A stretch of 20,000 bases of DNA from an uncultured virus (IMG/VR IMGVR_UViG_3300001605_000002) (taxonomy: Duplodnaviria > Heunggongvirae > Uroviricota > Caudoviricetes): positions 52,594 through 72,593 of the IMG/VR virus record IMGVR_UViG_3300001605_000002; one strand, 5' to 3'. This document shows positions 1 to 8,180 of the stretch, piece by piece (within the stretch, counting starts at the first letter, position 1; each line of letters starts with the position of its first letter). Under the pieces are notes generated by a model, which ran no database searches, was not told the origin of the DNA, and saw nothing but the letters and a program-made list of their open reading frames with translations. The translations under genes were made by a program, and so were the position numbers.

Positions 1-35
1 CCGTGCGACCTTAGCGTCATGCGGTAGCGATACCG

Positions 36-96
36 TTGCCCTCCTTGGGCGTTTCCTCCCTAGACTTGGGCCGCCGTCGCTGGCGGCCCGTTTTTT
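36..96 (+). ncRNA. suhB / alpha-r8 (MmgR-like) small RNA; 5' end uncertain
   Basis: Small hairpin GCCC-TCCTT-GGGC (38-50), then TTTCCTCCCT (52-61), the 10-mer I recall as conserved in alpha-r8/MmgR, then AGACTT and an intrinsic terminator. Confidence 0.8.
68..96 (+). terminator. Rho-independent terminator
   Basis: GGGCCGCC (68-75), loop GTCGCT, GGCGGCCC (82-89), G, then T6 (91-96); abuts the TAA stop of the convergent gene at 95-97. Confidence 0.9.
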
Positions 97-634
97 ATTG
101 CCCCCGGTCGACGATTGGAAGTATGGCGGCGAGCAGCGACGGCGGAATGTCGTTCTTGACCGTGCAGGGCGCGACCGGCGGGAGCTTCGTGCAGAGTTCG
201 GATTCCTTGACCCGCGCCAGGAGCGCGCCGGCGGGCCGATTAATCATCCGAATCGCGGCCTCGGACGTCGCGACCGCCTGCTTCTTCTGCGCGACCTCCT
301 CGGGTTTCAACGCCGAAACGTCACCGAGTTCTTGCGCCTCGAACTTCGTATAGGCCTCCCGGTACGCGCGCTCGGCGTCGTCGGCCGCCCTGATGTTGAT
401 TGCAAACGTCATCAGCGTGGTCCCGTCGAACTTAAACGGCACCTTGACGGCCTCGCCTTGGGGCGTCCGGTAGTCTCCGAATTGGCGCAGCGCCTGACCG
501 ACGCCGAGGACCTCGAGCGTCGAGAGCCTCGAGAGGTCAAGCGGCTCGAGCGGCTTGGGCGGCGTGCTAGCCTGGGCGAACGCGGCCGTCGAGACGGCGG
601 CGGAAAGGAGCGCGGCGAAAACGGTCTTCATCAT
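95..634 (-). CDS. Hypothetical protein with N-terminal signal peptide
   Basis: MMKTVFAALLSAAVSTAAFA|Q is a typical Sec signal with AFA cleavage site; purine-rich GAAGAGAGAGA upstream; high GC3. Confidence 0.85.
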   Translation of the reverse strand: MMKTVFAALLSAAVSTAAFAQASTPPKPLEPLDLSRLSTLEVLGVGQALRQFGDYRTPQGEAVKVPFKFDGTTLMTFAINIRAADDAERAYREAYTKFEAQELGDVSALKPEEVAQKKQAVATSEAAIRMINRPAGALLARVKESELCTKLPPVAPCTVKNDIPPSLLAAILPIVDRGQ

Positions 635-688
635 GGTCGGGTCTCTCTCTTCGTTGCGCCGGGTAGTCCCGCCCGGCCGGGGGTCGGC

Positions 689-1498
689 CTAGCGGTGCTG
701 TTGAACGCGAAGCGGGTTGTCGTAGCCGGTCGGCAAGAACTTTTGAAGATCCTTCTTGATGTAGTGGCGCGCGCCAAGCGACTGGCAGAGGTCGACGACC
801 CGGAGCGTGTAGTCGCGCCAATCGGTCGTCGTCGAGATTTCCTTTAGGTAGTTCGCCTTGCCGACTTTGTAGAGGTCGACGAACCCGTGGGTCGCCCTGA
901 TGATCGCGAGACTCGAGGCCGCGTCGAGCGTCGGCTCGAGCGAGACCCAGGTGAACACGCCGCGATCGTGGAACGCGCGCAGCGCCGCCAGGCGCTCACC
1001 GGGGAGGTCGGCGTTCGGTTCCCACTTCGTCGAGAAGCGGTCGTCGAGCGACGTAAGCGTCGAGGCGAACGCGTCCCGGTCGGGGCGGAAGAGCTCGAGG
1101 TCGCGGAGCGCCCGCGAGCCGCCCTTCGTGAGCGTACAGAACCCGAAGCCGCGCCCGGCCAGGGCGAGGAGCGTCCATCGTGTCAAATCGGAGACGCCCG
1201 GGTGATAGGGGTCGGTCATAAACGAGAGCATAACCTGATGGTTGGTTTCTCCGGCGCGTTCGTAGCGGGCGACGTCGCGGAGAAGCCGCTCGCGGTAGCC
1301 CGGCCGCTCTTCGGCGCCGGCGTTGAACTCGGCGCGCGGCTGCTTCGAGACGAGCGGTACGTAGCAATATTTGCAGGCGTGCCCGCACCCCGTGTAGGGG
1401 TTCGTCGCGAGCGGCGCGTATTCGCCCGCGAGCCCGGTCGGCGGATAGATCACGTCGGCACCCGGGACGATGGGCTGGTCGGGGGAATACTTCGACAT
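689..1498 (-). CDS. Radical SAM protein, spore-photoproduct-lyase-like (SplB/Rv2578c-type)
   Basis: NPYTGCGHACKYCY (CxxxCxxC), TDPY, LTKG, and 'WEPNA..P.ERL.AL' followed by 'WVSLEP', typical of SPL-like radical SAM enzymes. Confidence 0.88.
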   Translation of the reverse strand: MSKYSPDQPIVPGADVIYPPTGLAGEYAPLATNPYTGCGHACKYCYVPLVSKQPRAEFNAGAEERPGYRERLLRDVARYERAGETNHQVMLSFMTDPYHPGVSDLTRWTLLALAGRGFGFCTLTKGGSRALRDLELFRPDRDAFASTLTSLDDRFSTKWEPNADLPGERLAALRAFHDRGVFTWVSLEPTLDAASSLAIIRATHGFVDLYKVGKANYLKEISTTTDWRDYTLRVVDLCQSLGARHYIKKDLQKFLPTGYDNPLRVQQHR

Positions 1499-1501
1499 AG
1501 G

Positions 1502-1714
1502 TCACTCCATCATCGCGAGGCAGTTGAGCGTCCGGCAGGCCATGTGAAAATGGCCCTTCCGACCGACGAGCGCGGCATCGAGCCGGTTTCCGCACTTCGG
1601 GCATATAGACTGAGCGACGGTCAAACTACGATCCTTCATTCGCTGCTTAAACTTCAGGCCAGTTACGAGCGTAAGGCGGGCCTGCTCCATGAAATCGTCG
1701 GGGTGCTCGACCAT
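1502..1714 (-). CDS. Small zinc-ribbon-like protein
   Basis: CPKC...HMACRTLNC; TGATG overlap with the upstream gene. Confidence 0.75.
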   Translation of the reverse strand: MVEHPDDFMEQARLTLVTGLKFKQRMKDRSLTVAQSICPKCGNRLDAALVGRKGHFHMACRTLNCLAMME

Positions 1715-1914
1715 CAGGCGGGCTCCAGCTTATTGCGGACGACCGGCTCGCGCTCGACGAACTTCGCGCCGACCCCACCGCCGGCGAGCCGGACCGCGAC
1801 CTGGTCGCGGAAGAAGAACCGCCCGTCATGTTCGATAACGAGCGTCGCGTCGGGCACCCGGGCGACCCCGAGCTTCCGGTCGCGCTCGTCGTAGAGAACG
1901 GCGGCCCGCATCAT
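1714..1914 (-). CDS. Hypothetical protein (MMRAAVLYDERD...)
   Basis: AAGGAGG RBS before ATG at 1914; ATGA overlap with the upstream stop at 1911-1913. Confidence 0.75.
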   Translation of the reverse strand: MMRAAVLYDERDRKLGVARVPDATLVIEHDGRFFFRDQVAVRLAGGGVGAKFVEREPVVRNKLEPA

Positions 1915-2508
1915 GTCGACCTCCTTGTGCCAAACCCTCGACCGGCCGGGAACGGCCTCGAGGGCCACTTCCGTTTCGGCGTCGATTTATTGACGGGGAA
2001 AGTGAAGCTGCGCCTCGGCCCGGCGACGACCGCGAACGCGTCGACCGCCGGCCCGGCGACGGTCTCGAGCAGCTCGCGGCGCTCGCGTCGGCGCTCGCGC
2101 TTCGCCAGGACGACGTCCGAATACTGGCCGTGCTCGCCGCGGACGTTCGTCTTGACGTGGTGGCTCCCGGCGAACTCGGGCGGCTGCGGCCGGTAGCGAA
2201 GGCAATCGGGGTCGTGGGCGTGCGGCGCGTAGCGGTCGGCGACCCGCTTGACGGCGGGGTCGTAGCCCCGCGTCCGGAGCATCGGGGTCGTGGTCGAGCC
2301 GGAGGTCGGACCGCTCGCAGCCGATATAGAGCGCCAGGCCCTCGAGGAGCCGCTCGAGAAACGCCGCCAGCAGTTCGTCGGCACCCCGAGCCGTGAGCGC
2401 GGTCGACGCGCCAAAGGCCTCGAGTTGGCGCAGCGCGACGACGACGGCGACACCGTCCGGCGGCATCGGGGGGCGCGCTCGCTTCGGTGCGCGCGGTCGT
2501 CGGGTCAT
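1911..2508 (-). CDS. HNH-like phage protein interrupted by a +1 frameshift at about 2284-2287 (about 198 aa if restored)
   Basis: ORF 1987..2508 reads ...LRLDHDP; dropping one C from GACCCCGATG continues into ORF 1911..2453 as MLRTRGYDP...HHVKT...SDVVLAKRERR...KRKWPSRPF, which ends in an ATGA overlap. Confidence 0.7.
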
Positions 2509-2795
2509 GGCTTCTTCTCGGGCCAGTGGGCCTCGACCATACCGGGCTTAAACGCGTGGACGGCGTCGACCATCTCCCGGCGGTCGGCCTCGGTCGCGAA
2601 GTAGAGGACGAGCGGGAGCTTATCGGCGAGCTCGGGGACCTGGCGGGCGGCCTCCTCGCCGCCGTCGACCGCGTGGTCGAAACCGAGTTTGAAGCCCTTC
2701 TGCAGCGCGGCCGCAATCGCCGTGTCGATGGCGGAGACGATTCCGGTCTCGACGACGACGCGGTCGCCTACACTTTCGGTCCTAGTTTCGGTCAT
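2505..2795 (-). CDS. Hypothetical protein
   Basis: AAGGAGGAG RBS; ATGA overlap with the downstream gene. Confidence 0.8.
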   Translation of the reverse strand: MTETRTESVGDRVVVETGIVSAIDTAIAAALQKGFKLGFDHAVDGGEEAARQVPELADKLPLVLYFATEADRREMVDAVHAFKPGMVEAHWPEKKP

Positions 2796-2808
2796 GGGGA
2801 CTCCTCCT

Positions 2809-3612
2809 TCAGAGCAGGGTCAATTGTACGGGCGGCTCCGGATTCGGGCCAGCGACGAGCGGCGGTTCGACCGGGTTCTCCGCAGGCGGTTCGACGACGA
2901 GCTCCGGCGCCGGGTCACGCTTTGGGTAGAAGAGCGCCGCCGGCGTCCGCGTCCCGGTCCAGGTCGACGCCGGCGCGAGCGAGTTCCCCCGGTAGACGTC
3001 CGCCGACGCGTCGGTGAGCGCGAGTTGCAGGTAGCAGGCGAAGACCGCCCGCTGGTCGACGTCGACGGCCGTCCAGTGGGCCTCGCGGGCGACGTCGAGC
3101 CCGGCCTCGCGCAGGACGACGTTCGCCGTGAGGATCATGCCGCCGACGCCGCAAGCGGGCTCCATCAGCGTCAGGTAGCCCTTCTCGCCGAGCATCGCCC
3201 GGGGGTCGCCGACGATCATCTTTGCCATCGAGTAGGACAGGTGGTGCGGGGTAAAGAACTGGCCCATCCCCGAATCGGCGGAGAGCTCCGAGAAGACCGG
3301 GCCGATAAAGTCGACCGGCTCGGTTAGGAGCGCGCGGGTCGTCGCCGCGAGCATCAGGGCGAGCGCGCCCATCGTCTCGTTCGGCTTCCGGCACGATTCG
3401 ACAATCCGCATGTACTCGGCCTCGTTCGCCCGCCAGGCATCGCCCAGGAGGAGGCGGCCACGAATCGAGTAGAAGGCCGCCTCGAGGAAGTGCCGGAGGA
3501 CCTCCGACGACCGCCAGCCCTCGTTCGACTCCGCCGCGCGCATGGCGTCGGCGAAGTCGTTAAAGGCCGGACGGTGGGCTTCGGTCGTCAGGACGACGTC
3601 GCGCTTCTTCAC
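2809..3612 (-). CDS. N6-adenine DNA methylase-like SAM-binding protein (HsdM-related) lacking the NPPY motif
   Basis: GQFFTP and EPACGVGGM (motif I), DVD, GNSL; GTG start at 3612 overlaps the ParB-like stop (GTGA). Confidence 0.82.
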   Translation of the reverse strand: MKKRDVVLTTEAHRPAFNDFADAMRAAESNEGWRSSEVLRHFLEAAFYSIRGRLLLGDAWRANEAEYMRIVESCRKPNETMGALALMLAATTRALLTEPVDFIGPVFSELSADSGMGQFFTPHHLSYSMAKMIVGDPRAMLGEKGYLTLMEPACGVGGMILTANVVLREAGLDVAREAHWTAVDVDQRAVFACYLQLALTDASADVYRGNSLAPASTWTGTRTPAALFYPKRDPAPELVVEPPAENPVEPPLVAGPNPEPPVQLTLL

Positions 3613-5348
3613 GCGCGCTTCTTCCGGCTCGAGGCCTTCCCCTTGGCCTTCTTCGGCGCCGGCTTGGCCTTCGGCCCGGCGTAGCCCTTCGTCCGGAGTT
3701 GCGGCGGGAGCCACCCGCGCTTCTTCGCGTGGTCGGCCGCCATCTTGGCCTGGGCGGCCTTCTTGACGTTCTTGAGCGGGGTCAACCCCATGTCGGCGAT
3801 GGCCGCGAGCGCGAGCGCGCCCGGAGCGTTCTCGAAGTAGTCGTCGACGTTGAACGTCGCGAGGAGGGCCTTCTGCAGCTCCTTTTGCGGGACGAAGTTG
3901 ACGAGCGCGGTCGGCGCTCCCTCTTCGCCGTCATCGTCCGAGCCGTCGAGGCGACGGTCGACGTGGTGACTTTGAAGGTCGACCGACATTCCGACGAGCG
4001 CCGCGAACTGCTTGAGCAGCGCCGGGCGGCCGACCTTCGCGAGCTTGGCGAGCTCCTTCGCGAAGTCGTACTCGTTCTCGTCGTCCTCCTTCGACCGCGA
4101 GAGCATCCCGCCGTGCTTGAGGCAAATCGGCGAGCTCGAGAAGCTCGACGAGCAGAGGAGCCCCGCGATGGCGAGGCGCAAGACCATGTCGGGGTCGGCC
4201 GCCGTGACGACGGTCGACGTCGCGGTGGTCAGGGCCTCGGACATGCGCGAGGTCAGCGCCGCCGAGATGAGCCCCGGGTTCTTCGGACCGGCCGTGCGGG
4301 CGGCCGCCTTCTCGGCCTTCGTCTTCTCGATTTTGACGCTCACGCCGGGTTTCAGGTAGCCGCGCTCGACCTCGAGCGTCCCGTTGTAGTCAATCTTGAC
4401 CGTGCAGCCGGCGAGCGCCTTCGTCTCCTTCACCGGGTTGCCCGCCGGGAGTCGGCGCCACGCGTGAATGTCGCGCGGGGCCTCGTCCTTCGGAACGGCC
4501 CAACCCCAACCGTCGGCCTTGAGCCGGACGCACTCGGCCTCGACGAGCTTCGCGGCCATAGCCTTGAGCGCCGGGACGTTATTGACCATGACCGGCTGGC
4601 GGTCGTCGTCGGCGAAGAGCGACGCGTTGACCTGATGACCGGCCGCCTCGTATTCCTTCTGCCCGACGAACTTGAGCAGCACGCCGATTTTATGCTCGTT
4701 CTCGCCGCGAATCTCTTGGTTGACCCGCCACTCGTCGCCGGCCTGCCCCTTGAGCTTCTTGAAGATGCGGACCTGATGCTCGAGGTCCTGGGTCTGCGCG
4801 TAGGCCTCGGCCGCGTCGCCGTCGATTTTGCCCTCGCGCCACGCGGCGCGAATCTCGGGGGCGAGAGACGCGAGCGAGAGCGCCTGCCGAACCTCGGCCG
4901 GCTTCCGATTATATTCGTCGGCGATGTCCTCGAGGGTCGCGCCGTCCTTTACCATCGCGGCGAAGGCCTCGAACTCGTCGACCGGGTGCATGTCGGACCG
5001 GATGAGGTTGAGCGCAAGGCTCGTCGACCGGGCGTCGGCGTCGGAACGGTCCTCGACCTCGACCTTGACCTCGAACGCGTCGGTCACCAGAACGCCGCGG
5101 GCGGTCTTCTTGTTCTTCCGCAGGTATTGGAGAGCGTCGAGGCGCTCGCCGCCGTCGGTAACGAGCAGGAAGCCCGACTTGACGTCGCGGCGGACGGTGA
5201 GCGGCTGGATGACGCCGCGCTTCGCGATGGACCGGGCGAATCGCGGTTCACCTCCTCGGTTGGTCTTCCGGACGTTGACCGGGTCGATGATGAGTTGCGA
5301 GAGCTTGACGACCTCGCTCGAGGTCGGGGACGTGGTAGCGGTCTTCAT
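3609..5348 (-). CDS. ParB/RepB/Spo0J-family protein with long C-terminal extension
   Basis: NVRK, SIAKRGVIQPLTVR, DGGERLDAL, 'SLALNLIRSDMHPVDEFEAF', then an HTH; ends in GWLPPQLR plus a Lys-rich tail. Confidence 0.88.
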   Translation of the reverse strand: MKTATTSPTSSEVVKLSQLIIDPVNVRKTNRGGEPRFARSIAKRGVIQPLTVRRDVKSGFLLVTDGGERLDALQYLRKNKKTARGVLVTDAFEVKVEVEDRSDADARSTSLALNLIRSDMHPVDEFEAFAAMVKDGATLEDIADEYNRKPAEVRQALSLASLAPEIRAAWREGKIDGDAAEAYAQTQDLEHQVRIFKKLKGQAGDEWRVNQEIRGENEHKIGVLLKFVGQKEYEAAGHQVNASLFADDDRQPVMVNNVPALKAMAAKLVEAECVRLKADGWGWAVPKDEAPRDIHAWRRLPAGNPVKETKALAGCTVKIDYNGTLEVERGYLKPGVSVKIEKTKAEKAAARTAGPKNPGLISAALTSRMSEALTTATSTVVTAADPDMVLRLAIAGLLCSSSFSSSPICLKHGGMLSRSKEDDENEYDFAKELAKLAKVGRPALLKQFAALVGMSVDLQSHHVDRRLDGSDDDGEEGAPTALVNFVPQKELQKALLATFNVDDYFENAPGALALAAIADMGLTPLKNVKKAAQAKMAADHAKKRGWLPPQLRTKGYAGPKAKPAPKKAKGKASSRKKRA

Positions 5349-5370
5349 GGTTCTTCTCCGGTGGTCGGTT

Positions 5371-7080
5371 TCAGGTTGGTGTGAATAGGTCGGTCAGGGT
5401 AGCGTCGCCGTTCGAGACGACGACTATCTCGTTGTCGCGCAGTTCTTTCCAGGCTTTGTTCCAGGAGCCTCCTTTCGGTTGAATGTTCAGGTCGTTGGCT
5501 ATGTCGATTTGCGTCGAGCGGCCGCCGAGCTCGAAGAGCCGCCGCAGGATTTTGGGGGCTCCGCCCGAGAGCCGAGTCGCCCACATCTCGACGAGCTCCG
5601 CCGGCGGCAGGTTGCCGTCGACGGCCGTCGCGGTCGGCTCCCGGATTTGAACGAGGTTGCCGACCTCGACGATGAGCCCGCTCTCCTGGAGGGCGCGCTT
5701 CGCCTTGTTGAAGGACCCTCCCCGGGCCTTCCGGCCGGAGAGCGCGGCGATTTGGCTCCAACTCCGCTTGACCGGCGGGTTCGTGTCGAGGACCGCCAAC
5801 ATCTCGCGCGAGGCCGTCGGAAGATCAACCGGATTAAACGTCACCGTAAGACGGTCATCTCGCGGGTTAATAGCGGCCTTAACCGGGCTGATGGTTACGG
5901 CCGGTTTAGCGGCGGGGGCTCGAGGCGCCGGCATCTTCGGCGTCTTTTCATCCCACGCCTTCTCGGCTAGGCGCTCGGCTTCGGCGAAGTGACGTTCGAC
6001 GTCCTTCCGGAGGTCGCTCATTACCCCGACGATGTGGCGGCGTCCCGACGCAATGCCGCTGAGATAGCCGCGCTGCTCGGCCTCGGCGATGGCCTTCGGG
6101 TCGCTCAGGGGGGCGCGCGCGAAGTCTTGACGCAATTGATGAAGGTCTCGGTTGACGCGGGCGAGCTCGGCGCGCAGCGCCTTCGGGTCGTCGGCCTTTT
6201 CCTTCTTGACCGCCTCTCCGATGATGGCCTTAAGCTCGCCGACGTCGACGGGGGCCGTCGCGATTTTGCTCAGGTCGTCGTCGTTCTCGGGGGTCTTCGT
6301 GTTGTCGAAGGTCTTGAACTTCGGGAACGTGACCCGCTCGAACATCTTGACCGGAACGCCGGCGGCGACGAAGCCCTCGCCGTCCTGGAGGTTGGCGATG
6401 TCGCGCTCGACGAGCGCGGCGTTCTCCTTGCCGATCTTCGACTTCATCCACTTGATGACCGGGTCCTGGTCGTCCTTGAACCCGATGCGGTGCGTGATGA
6501 TCGTCTCGCAGCTCGAGAGAACCGCGTTGTGAAGCGACTGGACGCGTTGCGTCGCGACGATCAACCGGATGCCCTTCGTCCGGCTCCCGGTCGCGAGCTT
6601 CTTCGCCCAATGGATGGCCATGTTCTCGGCGCCGAAGCCCGCGCGCTCCTTCGGCGCGACCTCGTGGGCCTCCTCGATGACGAGGTAGACGACGCCCTTC
6701 GTGTTCTTCCACATCGACGCGGCGAAGTCGGCGAAGAACCGTTGAAGGCCACCGGGGCCGAAGTCGGCCATGTCGATTATCGAAAGCGGGAGCTTTCCCG
6801 AACCGACGAGCTGGCCGATGATCTTGCCGTCCTTCTCCCCGATGTTGACGTGTCCGCGCGGCCCGCCGAGGATCTTGAACGGGAGCCCGGCCGACTTCCC
6901 GTTCCTGCTCGAGGTTATGCCCCACCAATCCGACTTGACCGTGTCGAGGACGCAAACGCGCGCGCCCTGGGCGACGACCAGTTCGACGATGAGGCGCTCG
7001 GTCGACGACTTTCCCGAGCCGGTCATCCCGACGATGGCCGTGTGGCGCTTCGTTATCGAGTCCGGAATCTCGTAGGTCAT
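5371..7080 (-). CDS. HerA/FtsK-superfamily ATPase (DUF87-like) with coiled coil and tandem C-terminal wHTH-like repeats
   Basis: Walker A GMTGSGKS, Walker B LVIEEAH, ATQR motif; start reassigned to ATG 7080 (ATGA overlap). Confidence 0.88.
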   Translation of the reverse strand: MTYEIPDSITKRHTAIVGMTGSGKSSTERLIVELVVAQGARVCVLDTVKSDWWGITSSRNGKSAGLPFKILGGPRGHVNIGEKDGKIIGQLVGSGKLPLSIIDMADFGPGGLQRFFADFAASMWKNTKGVVYLVIEEAHEVAPKERAGFGAENMAIHWAKKLATGSRTKGIRLIVATQRVQSLHNAVLSSCETIITHRIGFKDDQDPVIKWMKSKIGKENAALVERDIANLQDGEGFVAAGVPVKMFERVTFPKFKTFDNTKTPENDDDLSKIATAPVDVGELKAIIGEAVKKEKADDPKALRAELARVNRDLHQLRQDFARAPLSDPKAIAEAEQRGYLSGIASGRRHIVGVMSDLRKDVERHFAEAERLAEKAWDEKTPKMPAPRAPAAKPAVTISPVKAAINPRDDRLTVTFNPVDLPTASREMLAVLDTNPPVKRSWSQIAALSGRKARGGSFNKAKRALQESGLIVEVGNLVQIREPTATAVDGNLPPAELVEMWATRLSGGAPKILRRLFELGGRSTQIDIANDLNIQPKGGSWNKAWKELRDNEIVVVSNGDATLTDLFTPT

Positions 7081-7271
7081 TGGGTTTCCCTTCGGGTCAT
7101 CTGTTCGCGAAGCAGGCGAGCGTCCGCCTTGAGCATTTCGATTCGCCGCTCGACGTGAGGCGGTGCCTTCATTCCGTGCTGGCCGTAGTTCTTCGCGCGT
7201 CGCTTCCATTCGACGAGCTGCTGCTCTACGGCCTCGAGCTCGGCCTTCTGCGGGTCGATGGCCTTCGTCAT
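7077..7271 (-). CDS. Small coiled-coil hypothetical protein (MTKAIDPQ...)
   Basis: ATGA overlaps at both ends. Confidence 0.7.
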   Translation of the reverse strand: MTKAIDPQKAELEAVEQQLVEWKRRAKNYGQHGMKAPPHVERRIEMLKADARLLREQMTRRETQ

Positions 7272-7588
7272 CGGTTCGGGCTTTCCCGGAGCTCGAAGAA
7301 CTCCGCCATGTGAAGATGCTTCGCGGCAATCCACCGGGCCATCGCCGGCGTCCAGTTGTTGTTGCACTTGAACTCTCGGTTACCCTTCTCGATGGTCTCG
7401 TGCCACCTGATGCGGTGGATAATCGCGCGGGCCGAGTACCGCTCGAAGCCGAGCGCCCGGACCTCGAGCGCGAGCTTCTCGAACAGAAGGCAGACCTCGA
7501 CCGGGACGCCCTCCGGCATCTCGGCGACCATCTCCTCGACGGCCGCGAACGAGAAGAGGTCGTCCGGTTCTTTGGTCGCGGCGATCAC
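7268..7588 (-). CDS. Conserved phage hypothetical protein
   Basis: GTG start overlapping the upstream TGA; 'YSARAIIHRIRWH...FKCNNNWT..AR...FFELR' resembles a recurring phage family. Confidence 0.78.
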   Translation of the reverse strand: MIAATKEPDDLFSFAAVEEMVAEMPEGVPVEVCLLFEKLALEVRALGFERYSARAIIHRIRWHETIEKGNREFKCNNNWTPAMARWIAAKHLHMAEFFELRESPNR

Positions 7589-7920
7589 TTCGGCACCGGA
7601 TGGCTGGCGAAGTAGTCGAGGAACGCGGCGGTGATGACGGCGACGTGTTGCTCGCCGGTCGCCCGGCAATACTCGTCGAGGCGCGCGGACATTTGAGGAC
7701 CGAGCGCGTGCTGGCGCTCGAGCAGCTCGATGGACCGGGCGCGGTTGCGAAGGCGCCGAATTTTGCCGCGCTCCTCGAGGGCGGTCAGCAGACGATGGAT
7801 TCCGCTTTTGCTTCGGATCCCGAGATGGTCCTTCATCATGTTGAAAGTCGGGGCTTCGCCGGCATGGTCGCCGATGTACTTGGTCAGATACTCCAGAAGC
7901 TTACATTGGGTCGGGGTCAT
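7585..7920 (-). CDS. LexA DNA-binding-domain protein without the S24 peptidase domain
   Basis: PTFNMMKDHLGIRSKSGIHRLLTALEERGKIRRLRNRARSIEL closely follows the alphaproteobacterial LexA N-domain; only 111 aa. Confidence 0.9.
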   Translation of the reverse strand: MTPTQCKLLEYLTKYIGDHAGEAPTFNMMKDHLGIRSKSGIHRLLTALEERGKIRRLRNRARSIELLERQHALGPQMSARLDEYCRATGEQHVAVITAAFLDYFASHPVPK

Positions 7921-8180
7921 GGCTTCCTCTTTATCTCGGCCCGGAGGCCGTCGGCGATCGCGCCGAAGTCTTCCTCGAGGAAGACCGGCGGCTCCTTGAG
8001 TCGGTTGGCGACGGCGTTCTGCGAAATCATCCCGGCGACCTCGGCCCAGGCGGCGACGGCCGTTGCGAACAGCTCGACCGCGCGCTCCTCGTAGGGATTG
8101 GCCGCCGGCGCGCAAACGCCATCGGCGCGTCGCGGGCATCCCTCCCAATAGAAGCCGCCGCAGGTCCCGCAGTAGCTCAT
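7917..8180 (-). CDS. Hypothetical protein with N-terminal Cys cluster (CGTC...C...C)
   Basis: ATG 8180 with GGGAG upstream; ATGA overlaps at both ends. Confidence 0.7.
   Translation of the reverse strand: MSYCGTCGGFYWEGCPRRADGVCAPAANPYEERAVELFATAVAAWAEVAGMISQNAVANRLKEPPVFLEEDFGAIADGLRAEIKRKP

Noticed and set aside
3609..7080. ParAB partition cassette or HerA-NurA/Sir2 defence system
   Set aside because: The ATPase is HerA/FtsK-type, not a deviant-Walker ParA, and no NurA or Sir2 partner is adjacent.
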